From an uncultured Chloroflexia bacterium (GTDB lineage: Bacteria > Chloroflexota > Limnocylindria > QHBO01), in contig CAVVPF010000036.1 of assembly GCA_963750025.1 (NCBI GenBank), forward strand, positions 69,523 through 133,522: a stretch of 64,000 nucleotides of DNA. Reading direction: 5' to 3'. Shown here in pieces: positions 48,264 through 58,067 of the stretch. The notes under the pieces are model-generated. The model saw only the letters and a program-made list of their open reading frames with translations. It had not been told where the DNA came from and ran no database searches. The translations under genes and the position numbers were made by a program. The first letter of the stretch is position 1; each line of letters begins with the position of its first letter.

Positions 48264-48283
48264 AAATGACCTCCTTCTGATCG
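48264..48283 (-). repeat. Copy C of the 20-nt motif
   Basis: The minus strand reads CGATCAGAAGGAGGTCATTT. Lies ~55-85 nt upstream of, and co-oriented with, the membrane-protein gene at 48210. Confidence 0.7.
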
Positions 48284-48391
48284 GCCCGCAAGCCTAGCGC
48301 TTGGCCGCGAGGATCGGCGGCCTACGCGCGACTCCGGCCTACACTGCACCCGTGAGCTACTCGGCGAAGCACCAGGCAGGAGGCACGCGCG

Positions 48392-48817
48392 ATGTGGAAG
48401 ACGGAGCATGCTGAGATCACGACCGCGTCGCCCGAGGCGGTCTGGGGAGTGGTCGCCGACGTGGCGCACTGGCCGACCTGGAATCCAGGGTATTCAGCGG
48501 CGAGTCTCGACGGCCCGGCCAGCGCCGGCACGACCGGGACCGTGACCCTGCCGAATGGGATGCGCCGAGCATTCACGGTCGTCGAAGCTCGAGCGGCGTC
48601 CGCCTTCGTCATTGGCGCTAGCGGACCCGGGGTTCGCCAGCGATTCATCCATCGGATCGAGCCGCTCGACGACGGCCGGACCAGAGTGACGATGGCTGCG
48701 ACGATGGACGGCCTGCTGTCGGCCGTCTTCGCTCGACTCTTCGGAAAGGTCATTGCCGGCTACACACCGACCGCCGTGCGGCAACTGGTCGAGAAGGCCG
48801 AGGCGGGGGTCCGCTAG
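48392..48817 (+). CDS. SRPBCC (polyketide cyclase/dehydrase-like) family protein
   Basis: 'ITTASPEAVWGVVADVAHWPTWNPG' is the typical SRPBCC N-terminal motif. 141 aa. Confidence 0.75.
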   Translation: MWKTEHAEITTASPEAVWGVVADVAHWPTWNPGYSAASLDGPASAGTTGTVTLPNGMRRAFTVVEARAASAFVIGASGPGVRQRFIHRIEPLDDGRTRVTMAATMDGLLSAVFARLFGKVIAGYTPTAVRQLVEKAEAGVR

Positions 48818-49025
48818 GCTGCCCGCCCGAACCCCTTGCGCTGCGCGCCGACGAACTACCGCACCCGCCAGGCTCGGTGACCGGGTAAGAGAGATCCTCG
48901 GTAGCATCGCGCCGTAGCAACAGGGGCGGACACATGCGGTCAACGGCTTGCGCGGATGGGCTGCGCCGAACGTGGGAGGGGCTTCCACGGATGTTCGCGA
49001 ACGTTAGGGCCGGGACTGCAAAACC

Positions 49026-49307
49026 GTGTCCACGGGCTCCTTGGCTAAGAACTACCTAATGGCTAGACTTGAGATTCGCGACCCTGACGACAGAACAACC
49101 CGCACGCTGCGGGTCTCTGCAGATGGTCAGATCGAGACAGAGCCTGTTGACACGGCGTGGGAAAGCGAGCTGCTGGGCCTGAGCGTCGTTGACCCGCGAG
49201 ATGATCCGCGTGTCAGGCTGACGCCCGAGGATGGCGATCGCTGGCTCTACGGGCTCCAGGTCAACTACCGCGGGATCTACTTCCGCGGCGTCTATATCGA
49301 CGAGTAG
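49026..49307 (+). CDS. Small hypothetical protein (93 aa)
   Basis: Clean ORF in a locally lower-G+C stretch with balanced composition ('LEIRDPDDRTTRTLRVSADGQIETEPVD'). No family recognised. Confidence 0.4.
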   Translation: MSTGSLAKNYLMARLEIRDPDDRTTRTLRVSADGQIETEPVDTAWESELLGLSVVDPRDDPRVRLTPEDGDRWLYGLQVNYRGIYFRGVYIDE

Positions 49308-49592
49308 CCACTACCAGCTCAGCCCCATTCCGCCGTGCTGTGCTCATCCGCCATCAAACACTAAACACCCTTAGTGGAACAATGCGCGGGCGGCCGCCGA
49401 ACTCGTTGAGGCTCGACGCGCCAGGGCGATACCCTGACTCACAGTCAGGTCGCTTGACGTAAGTCGGCGAAGACAGAGCCATCAGCTGCCTTTCCAGAAG
49501 ACTCTCACCGGGTTGAGATATGCCACAAAGCGAGGCACATCCACCGGCTCGTAAGGACGGCCGACACCGCCCTGAGGTCTGATGCCTGCTCC

Positions 49593-49620
49593 CCACTTGT
49601 ACGGACGACCGAACAAGTGG
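49593..49620 (+). promoter_or_regulatory. Perfect 8-bp inverted repeat upstream of the GntR gene (candidate operator)
   Basis: CCACTTGT-N12-ACAAGTGG ends 33 nt before ATG 49654. Confidence 0.3.
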
Positions 49621-49653
49621 TAAGTTAGCGGCCCCCCGAGGAGATCCGGGCAC

Positions 49654-50439
49654 ATGGTCCTCAGCGCCGAGATCGATCGCGCCAGCGGCGTCCCGCTCTA
49701 CCTGCAGATCCGCGAGCAGGTGCTGGCGCTCATCGACAAGCGCCAGTTGGGTGCGGGTGATGCGCTGCCCTCCGAGAACGAGCTGCAGGATCTGTTCCGG
49801 GTCAGTCGCGCCACGATCCGGCATACGCTGGCGCTCCTGGAGCGCGACGGCGTCGTCGAGCGGCACCAGGGCCGCGGCACGTTCGTCGCGCTACCCCGCC
49901 TGAGCCGCACACTCCCCGACCTCACCTCGTTCACCGAGCACCTGACCGAGCAGCGGATCCGTTCCTCGAGCCAGCTGGTGGCCTTCGAGCAGCTGGCGCC
50001 GGGCGAATCACCGCGACACTCCGTCTCCGACGATGAACCGCCGCCCGCCGAGCACTTTCCAGACCTGGAGGTCGTCCGATTCGTGCGCCTGCGGATCGCC
50101 AACGACACGCCTGTCGGCGTCCACACCACGCTCACCCCAGCCTGGTTCGCCAAGGCGATCGGCCTGACGGAGGCCGAGCTGATGCGCGAGCCTGGCTTCT
50201 CGTTCTACGCCGCCATCGAGGGCTCCGGGCATCGCCTGGCATGGGCCGAAGAGCATCTTGTAGCGCGTGGCACCGGGGCCCGGGAGTCGGCGCTGCTCGG
50301 GGTGCCGAGACGAACCCCGGTGATGAGCGTCCTGCGGCTCAGCCGATCGGCCGACGACGAGCTCATCGAAGCGGTAAGGGCGGTCTACCTCGGTGGCAAG
50401 TACGACTACGTGGTTCAGCTTGAGCGACGACACCGGTAG
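49654..50439 (+). CDS. GntR-family (HutC/UTRA subfamily) transcriptional regulator
   Basis: 'PLYLQIREQVLALIDKRQLGAGDALPSENELQDLFRVSRATIRHTLALLERDGVVERHQGRGTFV' is a GntR wHTH, followed by a ~170-aa effector domain. Confidence 0.85.
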   Translation: MVLSAEIDRASGVPLYLQIREQVLALIDKRQLGAGDALPSENELQDLFRVSRATIRHTLALLERDGVVERHQGRGTFVALPRLSRTLPDLTSFTEHLTEQRIRSSSQLVAFEQLAPGESPRHSVSDDEPPPAEHFPDLEVVRFVRLRIANDTPVGVHTTLTPAWFAKAIGLTEAELMREPGFSFYAAIEGSGHRLAWAEEHLVARGTGARESALLGVPRRTPVMSVLRLSRSADDELIEAVRAVYLGGKYDYVVQLERRHR

Positions 50440-50452
50440 AAGGAGCAAACCC

Positions 50453-51535
50453 ATGAGATCCATCCCGCGCTTTGCCACAGTGGTGCCGGTGGCGGCCCTG
50501 CTCTTGGCCGCCTGCACGACCGGCGGCTCGCCCTCGCCGGGCGCAACGGGGACAGCAGCAGCGACTCCCACCGAGTCGGCCGCGGTGAGTCTCAAGGTGG
50601 CGATGATCATCGCCCAGGGCGGCCTGGGAGACCAGAGCTATAACGACCTGGCCAACGAGGGGCTGACCCGGGCCGAGGATGAGTTCGGCATCAAGGCGCA
50701 GCGGATCGAGTCCCCCGACATCGTCAGCCAAGGCGAAGCGGTCCTTCGCCAGGCCGCCCAAGCCGGCTTCGGTGTCGTCATCGACCTCGAGTTCAGCACG
50801 GCCGATGCGCTGACCGCCCTCGCCGGCGAGTTCCCCGATACCCAATGGACCTTCATGAACCTGCCGCTCGAGGGCGACAACATCACCAGCTTCGTCTTCG
50901 CCGAGCACGAGGGTGGCTACCTCGCCGGCGCCCTAGCCGCGTTGGCCACGGCCGACACGTCGATTCCGGGCATGAATAAAGAGCTGGTCATCGGCGCCGT
51001 GGGCGGCACGAAGTCGACCGGCATCGACAAGTTCATCGTGGGCTTCATACAGGGCGCCAAGGACATCAATCCCGATGTGCAGGTCCTGGTGAGCTACACG
51101 AACGACTTCGGCGATGCGACGAAGGGCCAGCAGGCGGCTGAGGCCATGTTCGAGCAGGGGGCCGACATCGTTTACCAGATCGCGGGCGGCGCCGGTCTCG
51201 GCGTCATCCAGGCCGCCAAGGATGCTGGCAAGTGGGCCATCGGCGTCGATACCGATCAGTCGGGCATCGCGCCGGACGCCGTCCTCACCAGCATGATCAA
51301 GCGGACCGATGAGGCCGTCTACCAATCCGTCAAGCGCGGCGTGGAGGGCACGCTGGGCGGAGAGATCGTGAACCTCGACCTTGCAGCGGGAGGCGTGGAG
51401 CTCGGGCCGATCCACAAATCGGTGCCGAGCAAGTACATCGACCAGGTCGACCAACTGCGGCAGCAGATCATCAACGGTGAGATCAAGGTCTGGAACGTGA
51501 TTGAGCAGGGGTATCCAGACTTCTTCCCCGAATGA
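50453..51535 (+). CDS. BMP-family (PnrA/Med-like) ABC substrate-binding lipoprotein
   Basis: AGGAG lies 7 nt upstream of ATG 50453. Lipobox 'LLLAAC'. 'GGLGDQSYNDLANEG', 'AVGGTKSTGIDKFIVGF' and 'AIGVDTDQS' are BMP family motifs. Confidence 0.85.
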   Translation: MRSIPRFATVVPVAALLLAACTTGGSPSPGATGTAAATPTESAAVSLKVAMIIAQGGLGDQSYNDLANEGLTRAEDEFGIKAQRIESPDIVSQGEAVLRQAAQAGFGVVIDLEFSTADALTALAGEFPDTQWTFMNLPLEGDNITSFVFAEHEGGYLAGALAALATADTSIPGMNKELVIGAVGGTKSTGIDKFIVGFIQGAKDINPDVQVLVSYTNDFGDATKGQQAAEAMFEQGADIVYQIAGGAGLGVIQAAKDAGKWAIGVDTDQSGIAPDAVLTSMIKRTDEAVYQSVKRGVEGTLGGEIVNLDLAAGGVELGPIHKSVPSKYIDQVDQLRQQIINGEIKVWNVIEQGYPDFFPE

Positions 51536-53074
51536 ACGCTCCGCACTTGGAGGTCCGCGGGCTGACAAAGCGGTTCGACGCCGTCGTGGCCAACGACGGC
51601 GTCGACCTCTCCATCCCGCGCGGCTCGGTCCACGCCATCGTGGGCGAGAACGGGGCGGGCAAGACGACCCTGGTCCGCATCGTCTACGGGCTCGAGCACC
51701 CCGACAGCGGTGAGATCCTGATCGACGGCGAGACCGTGCGTCTCGACTCGCCGCAGGCCGCCATCGCCCGCGGGATCGGCATGGTCCAGCAGCATTTCCA
51801 GCTCATCCCCGGGCTCTCGGCCCTCGAGAACCTGGTGCTTGGAGCCGAACCGCGACGTGGGGGCATGCTCGACCGCGGGGAGGCCCGTCGTCGCGGGAAG
51901 AGCCTGGCGGAGCAGCTGCGGGCCCGCATCGACTGGGACGCGCCAGTCGGCCGGCTCTCCGTGGGGGCGCGCCAGCGGCTCGAAGATCATGCGGCTCCTG
52001 TATCGGGACGCGCAGCTGCTCATCTTCGACGAGCCCACCACCGTGCTGACCCCCGGCGAGGTCGAGGACCTGTTCGCCGTGCTGCGCGAGCTCGCCGCCG
52101 ATGGCCGGACGATCGTGTTCATCAGCCACAAGCTCGGCGAGGTTCTGGCCATCGCCGATCGGGTGACGGTCATGCGCCGGGGCCGCGCCGTGGCCACGGT
52201 CAACGCCGCCGAGACCGATGCCGGCCAGTTGGCCGGCTTGATGGTGGGCGATCCCGGCCTGGCCCTCGCGCTCGAGCAGCCCCACGCCCGTGCCGCCACG
52301 TCCAGCGTGGGCGAGCCGATGCTGGAGCTGGAGGACTGCGGCCTCGTCGGAGACGGCGGCCGGCGGGTGCTCGACGGGGTCACGCTCCAGGTCCGGGCCG
52401 GCGAGATCGTGGGCATCGCCGGGGTGGAGGGCAACGGCCAGCGCGAGCTGATCGACGTGGCGCTCGGCTTCCGCTCGCCGGACGCGGGGCGCGTCCTGCT
52501 TGGCGGGCGGGAAGCCACGCGCCTCGGCGTTCGCCAGCGGCGCCGGATGGGGTTGGCCTACATTCCCGAGGACCGCAACACGGAGGGCCTGGACCGGCAG
52601 GGGCCGATTACCCGTAGCGCCATCGCGCTTCGGTACGACCGGGCACCCATCGCCCAGCGCGGCGTCATCGACGCCGCTGCGGCGCGCGCGTACGCCAGCG
52701 AGCTGATCCAGCGCTACGACGTGGTGGCCGCCGGCCCCGACGCGCCGGTGCGCTCGCTGTCCGGAGGCAACGCCCAGCGGCTGGTGGTCGGCCGAGAGCT
52801 GGATGAGGGTCGGGCCGTGCTCGTTGCCGCTGATCCGAGCCGCGGGGTGGACGTCAAGGGCACCGCCTTCATCCATGAGCAGATCCTGGGACTCCGCGAC
52901 CAGGGTGCCGCCGTCCTGCTCATCAGCGAGGAGCTGACCGAGCTGGTGCGGCTCTCGGATCGGATCGCGGTCCTCTACGAGGGCCGGATCGTCGGCACCT
53001 TCGATCGCGGCGCGATCGACATCCATCGGCTGGGTCGATTGATGACGGGCGCGGAAGAGGCGCCAGCGGCATGA
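51532..53074 (+). CDS. Duplicated-domain ABC transporter ATP-binding protein, with an apparent 1-nt insertion at about 51983-51986
   Basis: Walker A 'GENGAGKTTLV'. 'LSVGARQRLE' (frame of ORF 51532..52617) continues as 'IMRLLYRDAQLLIFDEPT' (frame of ORF 51839..53074). The second domain has 'GVEGNGQREL', 'LSGGNAQRL' and 'VLVAADPSRGVD'. Confidence 0.85.
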
Positions 53075-54183
53075 GCGTCGAGGCGGGGCGCGCCCCGGCG
53101 ACCGTGGTCTCGCCGCTGCGTGGCACGGCGGCCGGCGCCGCCTGGGCACTTCTGCCCTTCGTCGTCGCCCTCGTCGCCGGGGCGCTCGTGCTGCTCGTCA
53201 CCGGCCGCGATCCGGTGGCGACCTACGGCCTGCTGCTCGAGCAGTCGCTGGGCAGCACGCAGTCCATCGCCAACACCCTGGTGCAGACAACGCCGGTGCT
53301 CTTTACCGGGCTGGCTACGGCATTCGCCTTTCGGGCTGGCGTCTTCAACGTCGGTGTCGAGGGTTCCCTCTACGTCGGCGCCTTCGCCGCGGCCTGGGTC
53401 GGCTTCACGTTCCTGGGCGTGCCGGGCCTGATCCTCATCCCTGCGGCCCTGCTGTTGGCGGCCGTGGTGGGCGCCGCTTGGTCCTTCGTCCCGGGGTTCC
53501 TGCGCGCGCGCTGGCAGGTGGACGAGGTGGTCACCACCTTGATGCTCAACTTCGTGGCGATCCAGCTCACCTCGTACCTAGTCAACGGCCCGTTCCTGGC
53601 CGTGGGAACGGCGAACTCGATGAGCCCGCTGATCGCTCCGGAGGCGCGCCTCGGGTCGCTCGCGCCGCCCAGCCAGCTCAGCATCGGGTTCCCGCTGGCC
53701 ATCGCCGGCGCCGTCGCCTTCTGGTTCGTATTCCGCAGAACCACCCTGGGCTACGAGCTCAACCTGGTCGGCTCCAGCTCGCGGTTCGCGGCCACGGCGG
53801 GGATCAGCCTGGTCCGCGTCATCGTGCTGGCGATGGTCATCTCCGGCGTCATCGCCGGGATCGCGGGCGCGGTCCAAGTCCTGGGCGTCAACGGCCGCTT
53901 CATCGACCACTTCTCCCCCGGCTTCGGCTTCACCGGCATCGCGGTGGCACTGCTCGGACGCAACACGGCCATCGGCTGCGTGCTGGCAGCCCTCTTCTTC
54001 GGCGCCCTCAGCAACGGCTCGGCGATGATGCAGCTGTTCAGCGACATCCCGCTCGACCTGGTCTACGTGCTGTCGGGGCTGGTGATGATCCTGGCAGTGG
54101 TAAATTTCGCCGGACTGCGCCCACGGCGCATCGTGGCGGCCGCCGCGCTCGCCCCGGCCGATGAGCATCAGGAGCCCGGCTGA
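53071..54183 (+). CDS. ABC transporter permease (BMP/nucleoside-type)
   Basis: The start overlaps the ATPase stop (ATGA). 370-aa polytopic membrane protein with 'GVFNVGVEGSLYVGAF'. Confidence 0.85.
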   Translation: MSVEAGRAPATVVSPLRGTAAGAAWALLPFVVALVAGALVLLVTGRDPVATYGLLLEQSLGSTQSIANTLVQTTPVLFTGLATAFAFRAGVFNVGVEGSLYVGAFAAAWVGFTFLGVPGLILIPAALLLAAVVGAAWSFVPGFLRARWQVDEVVTTLMLNFVAIQLTSYLVNGPFLAVGTANSMSPLIAPEARLGSLAPPSQLSIGFPLAIAGAVAFWFVFRRTTLGYELNLVGSSSRFAATAGISLVRVIVLAMVISGVIAGIAGAVQVLGVNGRFIDHFSPGFGFTGIAVALLGRNTAIGCVLAALFFGALSNGSAMMQLFSDIPLDLVYVLSGLVMILAVVNFAGLRPRRIVAAAALAPADEHQEPG

Positions 54184-55091
54184 TGGATCTGCTCGTCAAT
54201 ATCCTGGTCGCCACGGCCACCGTCAGCACGCCGCTGCTGTTGGCGGCCATGGGCGGCCTCATCAACCGGCAGGGCGGGATCGTCAACATCGGCCTCGAGG
54301 CGAAGATGCTGACCGGCGCCTTCGTGGCGGTGCTCATCACCTGGCAGACGGGCAACCTGTGGCTGGCGGTCGCCGGCGCAGCCCTGGCCGGCGCCGCGGT
54401 TGGGCTGCTCTTCTCGCTGCTCGTGACGCGCCTGGGGGCGAACGAGATCATCGCCGGGCTGGGGCTCAACATCGCGGTCGCGGGCTTGATCGGCTACCTG
54501 CTGCCGGTCGTCTTCGACGTCTTCGGCACCCTGCGCCCGCCCGACCTCGCGCGCCTCCCCCGCCTGGAGATCCCGCTGCTGCACGATGTGCCGGTGCTTG
54601 GCCGCATCCTGTCCGGCAAGGACCCACTGACCTACGCCAGCTGGATCAGCGTCCCGATCGTGGCTTGGTTCCTGTACCGCACGGTGTGGGGCCTCCGCCT
54701 GCGGGCCAGCGGCGCCGATCTGGAGGCGGCGCGCGCCGCGGGGGTCCCAGCCATGCGCTGGCGGGACATCTCGACCGTCATCGCCGGGGCGTTCGCCGGC
54801 CTGGCCGGTGCGCAGCTGTCGATCGGGCTGATCGGCCTCTTCGCGGTTGGCATGACCGGCGGCCGTGGGTTCATCGCGCTGGCGGCCTTTTACTTCGGGG
54901 CTGCTCGCCCGTGGCCGACCGCCGGCGCCGCCATCCTGTTCGGTTTCTTCGACGCCGCCACTGCGCGCGTGCAGGGCTTCGGCGTGCCGGTCCAACTCGT
55001 GCAGATGCTGCCCTACCTGGCGGTGGTGCTGGCGCTAACCCTGATCGCGATCGCGCGGCGACATCGCGAGCCCGCATGGGTGACGACATGA
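54183..55091 (+). CDS. ABC transporter permease (second subunit)
   Basis: 302-aa polytopic membrane protein. 'GGIVNIGLEAKML' parallels the first permease. Overlapping start and stop. Confidence 0.85.
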   Translation: MDLLVNILVATATVSTPLLLAAMGGLINRQGGIVNIGLEAKMLTGAFVAVLITWQTGNLWLAVAGAALAGAAVGLLFSLLVTRLGANEIIAGLGLNIAVAGLIGYLLPVVFDVFGTLRPPDLARLPRLEIPLLHDVPVLGRILSGKDPLTYASWISVPIVAWFLYRTVWGLRLRASGADLEAARAAGVPAMRWRDISTVIAGAFAGLAGAQLSIGLIGLFAVGMTGGRGFIALAAFYFGAARPWPTAGAAILFGFFDAATARVQGFGVPVQLVQMLPYLAVVLALTLIAIARRHREPAWVTT

Positions 55092-55669
55092 CCGACGAGC
55101 GGACCGATCGTCACCGGGCGCTGGTGTTGGTCGACGTCAACAACGCTTTCTTCGACGAGCGCGGCCAGTTCCACTACCCCGCGGCGGCTGAGGTGCTGCC
55201 CGGGATCCGCGCGCTGCTCGATGCGGCCCGTCGCGCCGGCACGCTCGTCGTCCACGTCCGCGAGGCCCACCACCCCGGGCTCGACGACTTCGAGTCGACG
55301 AAGCTTCCCGCCCACTGCATCAGCGGCGAGTTCGATGCCGCGCCGTACCCCGGCTTCGAGGCCGCTCGCGGAGAGCCCGAACTGGGGAAGCGGCGCTACT
55401 CCGCCTTCTTCGCCACCGACCTGGAGCTGCTGCTGCGCGAGCAGGGCATCGAGGAGGTGATCTTCGCCGGGGTGAAGACCAACGTCTGCATGCGCGCGTC
55501 GGTTCAGGACGCCTTCGCCCACGGCTTCCGCCCGGTGCTGGTGCGCGGGGCGGTCAACTCGAACCGGCCGAATCTGCACGAGGCGTCGCTGGAGGACGTG
55601 GAGCGCTACTTCGGCGAGGTGATCGACCTCGACGAGGCGGTCGTGCGCTTGGGCGGTGGTGACCGATGA
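55088..55669 (+). CDS. Isochorismatase-family cysteine hydrolase
   Basis: ATG 55088 overlaps the permease stop (ATGA). 'ALVLVDVNNAFF', 'KRRYSAFFATDLELLLREQGIEEVIFAGVKTNVCMRAS' (catalytic Cys). Confidence 0.8.
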   Translation: MTDERTDRHRALVLVDVNNAFFDERGQFHYPAAAEVLPGIRALLDAARRAGTLVVHVREAHHPGLDDFESTKLPAHCISGEFDAAPYPGFEAARGEPELGKRRYSAFFATDLELLLREQGIEEVIFAGVKTNVCMRASVQDAFAHGFRPVLVRGAVNSNRPNLHEASLEDVERYFGEVIDLDEAVVRLGGGDR

Positions 55670-56557
55670 GCGCGCCAGAGGTGGTGGTCAGCGGCTACGC
55701 CAGCATCGACGAGGCGTACACCGTCTCGCGGCTGGCCGGCGCGGCGCAGACGGGCATCCTCTCCGGACCGGTACGCCCCGACGCCCGACCGGGCGGCTGC
55801 GGACCGAACACCGCGCGCACCCTCGCCCGCCTGGGCGTGCGGACCGGGCTCGTGACCTGGGTCGGCGACGATCCGCAGGGCCGCGCCTTCCTGACCGGCC
55901 TGCAAGAGGCCGGCGTCGACGTCACCGGCGTCGAGATGGGCCGCGGGCCGTCGCCGCGCAGCCTGCTCATCTACGACCCCAACGGCGACGCCGCCTGCTA
56001 CTTCCACCCATCTGGCTCGGGCGGCCAGCGGATCGGCCCCGCGGTGGAGCCGCAGCTGGAAGCGGCAGCCTGGCTCGCGATCACCGTTGGTTCGAGCTTG
56101 CTGACCGGGCAGATTCTCGATCGACGCGGCCCCGAGACGCGCCTGGCCTGGAACGTCAAGGCCGATCCGGACGCCTTCCCGCCCGAACTCTGCCGACGCC
56201 TGGTCGGCGCCGACCTGGTCTGTCTCAACCGCGGCGAGCTCGCCTTCGTGGCCGCTGCGCTTCAGCTCCCCTCCGCAGCGGAGCCGATGCAGCTGGTGGA
56301 GCACGGGGCGGGCTGCGTGGTCCTGACGCGCGGCGCCGATGGCTACCTCGTGGCCACCGCCGACGGGCGCCGTCGAGCGCCCGGTGCAGCAGATCGCCAG
56401 CGACGATCCCACGGGCGCCGGCGATGCCTTCTTCGCCGGGGTTCTCGCTGGCCTGCTTCGTGGCGAACCACCGACCGACGCCGCGGCTGCAGGCGCCCGT
56501 GTCGCGGCCGACTTCCTGGCGGCGCGCGGCCGACCGCCGGCAGAGATGCCCTCATGA
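55666..56557 (+). CDS. PfkB-family carbohydrate/nucleoside kinase, with an apparent frameshift at about 56364-56372
   Basis: 'GGCGPNTARTLARLG' is in the frame of ORF 55666..57309. The PfkB signature 'DPTGAGDAFFAGVLAGL' is in the frame of ORF 56339..56557. Confidence 0.8.
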
Positions 56558-57309
56558 GCGGCGAGACCGCCTGGTACCTAGGCGTCGGCCGCGATGAGGT
56601 CGCCGATCGGGCGATCGTGGTGGGCGATCCGGGCCGGGTCGACCTCTTCGCCGAGCGGCTGACCAACGTGACTGCCAACGGCGGCGACCGGGCGCTGCGC
56701 ACCGTGACTGGCAACTTCCGCGACCGCCGCGTCACGGTCTGCTCCTTCGGCATGGGCGCGCCGATCGCGGTCGTGGTCCTGGAGGAGCTCGCCGGGCTGG
56801 GCGTGCGGACCGTCCTGCGCGCGGGGACGATGATGAGCCTGGGCGAGGTGCCGCTCGGCACGCTGGTCCTGGCCGACGCCGCGCTGCGCGGCGAGGCGAC
56901 CTCGGCCACCTACCTGCCGCCGGATGGACCGGCGCACGCGGACGGTGCCCTGACCGACTGCCTGGCGCACGTCCTGACCGAGTCCGGGGCGCCCTACCGC
57001 CGCGGCCTGGTCGCCAGCTACGACGGCTTCTACAGCCAGCTCTTTGCCATCCACGAGGACCGCCGCGGACGAATCGAGGCACTGGCCGACGAGCTGCGCC
57101 ATCGGGGCGTCATCGCCGCCGACATGGAGACCTCCGCGCTACTCGCGGTCGCCCCGCTCCTGGGCGTTCGTGCGGCGTCGCTCTGCCTGGCCAGCGTCGA
57201 CGGCCCCACCCAGCGCCGCCTCGATCCCGAGCGCCGCGACGACGACGAGCGCCGCCTGGTGGAGGTGGCGCTCGAGGCCATTCATCGCTTCGAGAAGGAG
57301 GAACCGTGA
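56554..57309 (+). CDS. Nucleoside phosphorylase (PNP_UDP_1 family)
   Basis: ATG 56554 overlaps the PfkB stop (ATGA). 'AIVVGDPGRVD', 'VCSFGMGAPIAVVVLEEL', 'VLRAGTMMS' and 'AADMETSAL'. Confidence 0.8.
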   Translation: MSGETAWYLGVGRDEVADRAIVVGDPGRVDLFAERLTNVTANGGDRALRTVTGNFRDRRVTVCSFGMGAPIAVVVLEELAGLGVRTVLRAGTMMSLGEVPLGTLVLADAALRGEATSATYLPPDGPAHADGALTDCLAHVLTESGAPYRRGLVASYDGFYSQLFAIHEDRRGRIEALADELRHRGVIAADMETSALLAVAPLLGVRAASLCLASVDGPTQRRLDPERRDDDERRLVEVALEAIHRFEKEEP

Positions 57310-58067
57310 CCGCCAACCGCTTCTTCGACGCCGCCATCGGTCTGCTCCAGCAAATCCAAGCCAGTCAGGCCGAGCCGATTCGGCGGGCAGCCGAGGCCAG
57401 CGCCGACAGCATCGGCTCCGGCAAGCTGGTGCACACGTTCGGCACCGGCCATGGCGCCATCCCGGCGCTGGAGGCCTTCCCGCGCAGCGGCAGCCTGGTC
57501 GGCTTCCACCCCATCGCCGAGACGCCGATCACGCTGCTACACCACGTGTGGGGCGACATGGGCGTGGCGCAGTACCGCTTCCTGCATCGACAGGAGGGCT
57601 ACGGCAGGGCGATCCTCGAGGCGCACCGGCTCGACCCGGACGATGCGCTGATCCTCTTCAGCCACTCCGGGATCAATGCCGTCATCCTCGACATGGCGCT
57701 GATGGCGAAGGAAGCCGGGCTGACGGTGGTGGGGGTGACATCACGGCCGCACTCGGAGGCGGTGAAGCCGCGGCACTCATCCGGGCTGCACCTGTACGAG
57801 GCTGCCGACGTGGTGATCGACACCGGCGCCCCGCTCGGGGACGCGGCGGTCCAGGTGGAAGGCCTCGACGACCCGGTGGGCGCCGTGTCCACCGTGCTGA
57901 CCGTGGCGGTCATGCACGCGATCATCAGCGAGACGGCAGCGGTCATGGTCGCCCGCGGCCAGACGCCGCACGTGGAGGTGAACATGAACCTGCCGCGCGA
58001 GGGCTCGGCCCGCGAGCAGAACGACGCCGGCTACGCCGAGCTGTGGCGGCGTCTCAGCTCCCGCTGA
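57306..58067 (+). CDS. SIS-domain protein (UPF0309-like)
   Basis: GTG start lies behind GAAGGAGG. 'GKLVHTFGTGHG', 'ALILFSHSGINAVILDMAL' and 'VVGVTS'. Confidence 0.7.
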   Translation: MTANRFFDAAIGLLQQIQASQAEPIRRAAEASADSIGSGKLVHTFGTGHGAIPALEAFPRSGSLVGFHPIAETPITLLHHVWGDMGVAQYRFLHRQEGYGRAILEAHRLDPDDALILFSHSGINAVILDMALMAKEAGLTVVGVTSRPHSEAVKPRHSSGLHLYEAADVVIDTGAPLGDAAVQVEGLDDPVGAVSTVLTVAVMHAIISETAAVMVARGQTPHVEVNMNLPREGSAREQNDAGYAELWRRLSSR

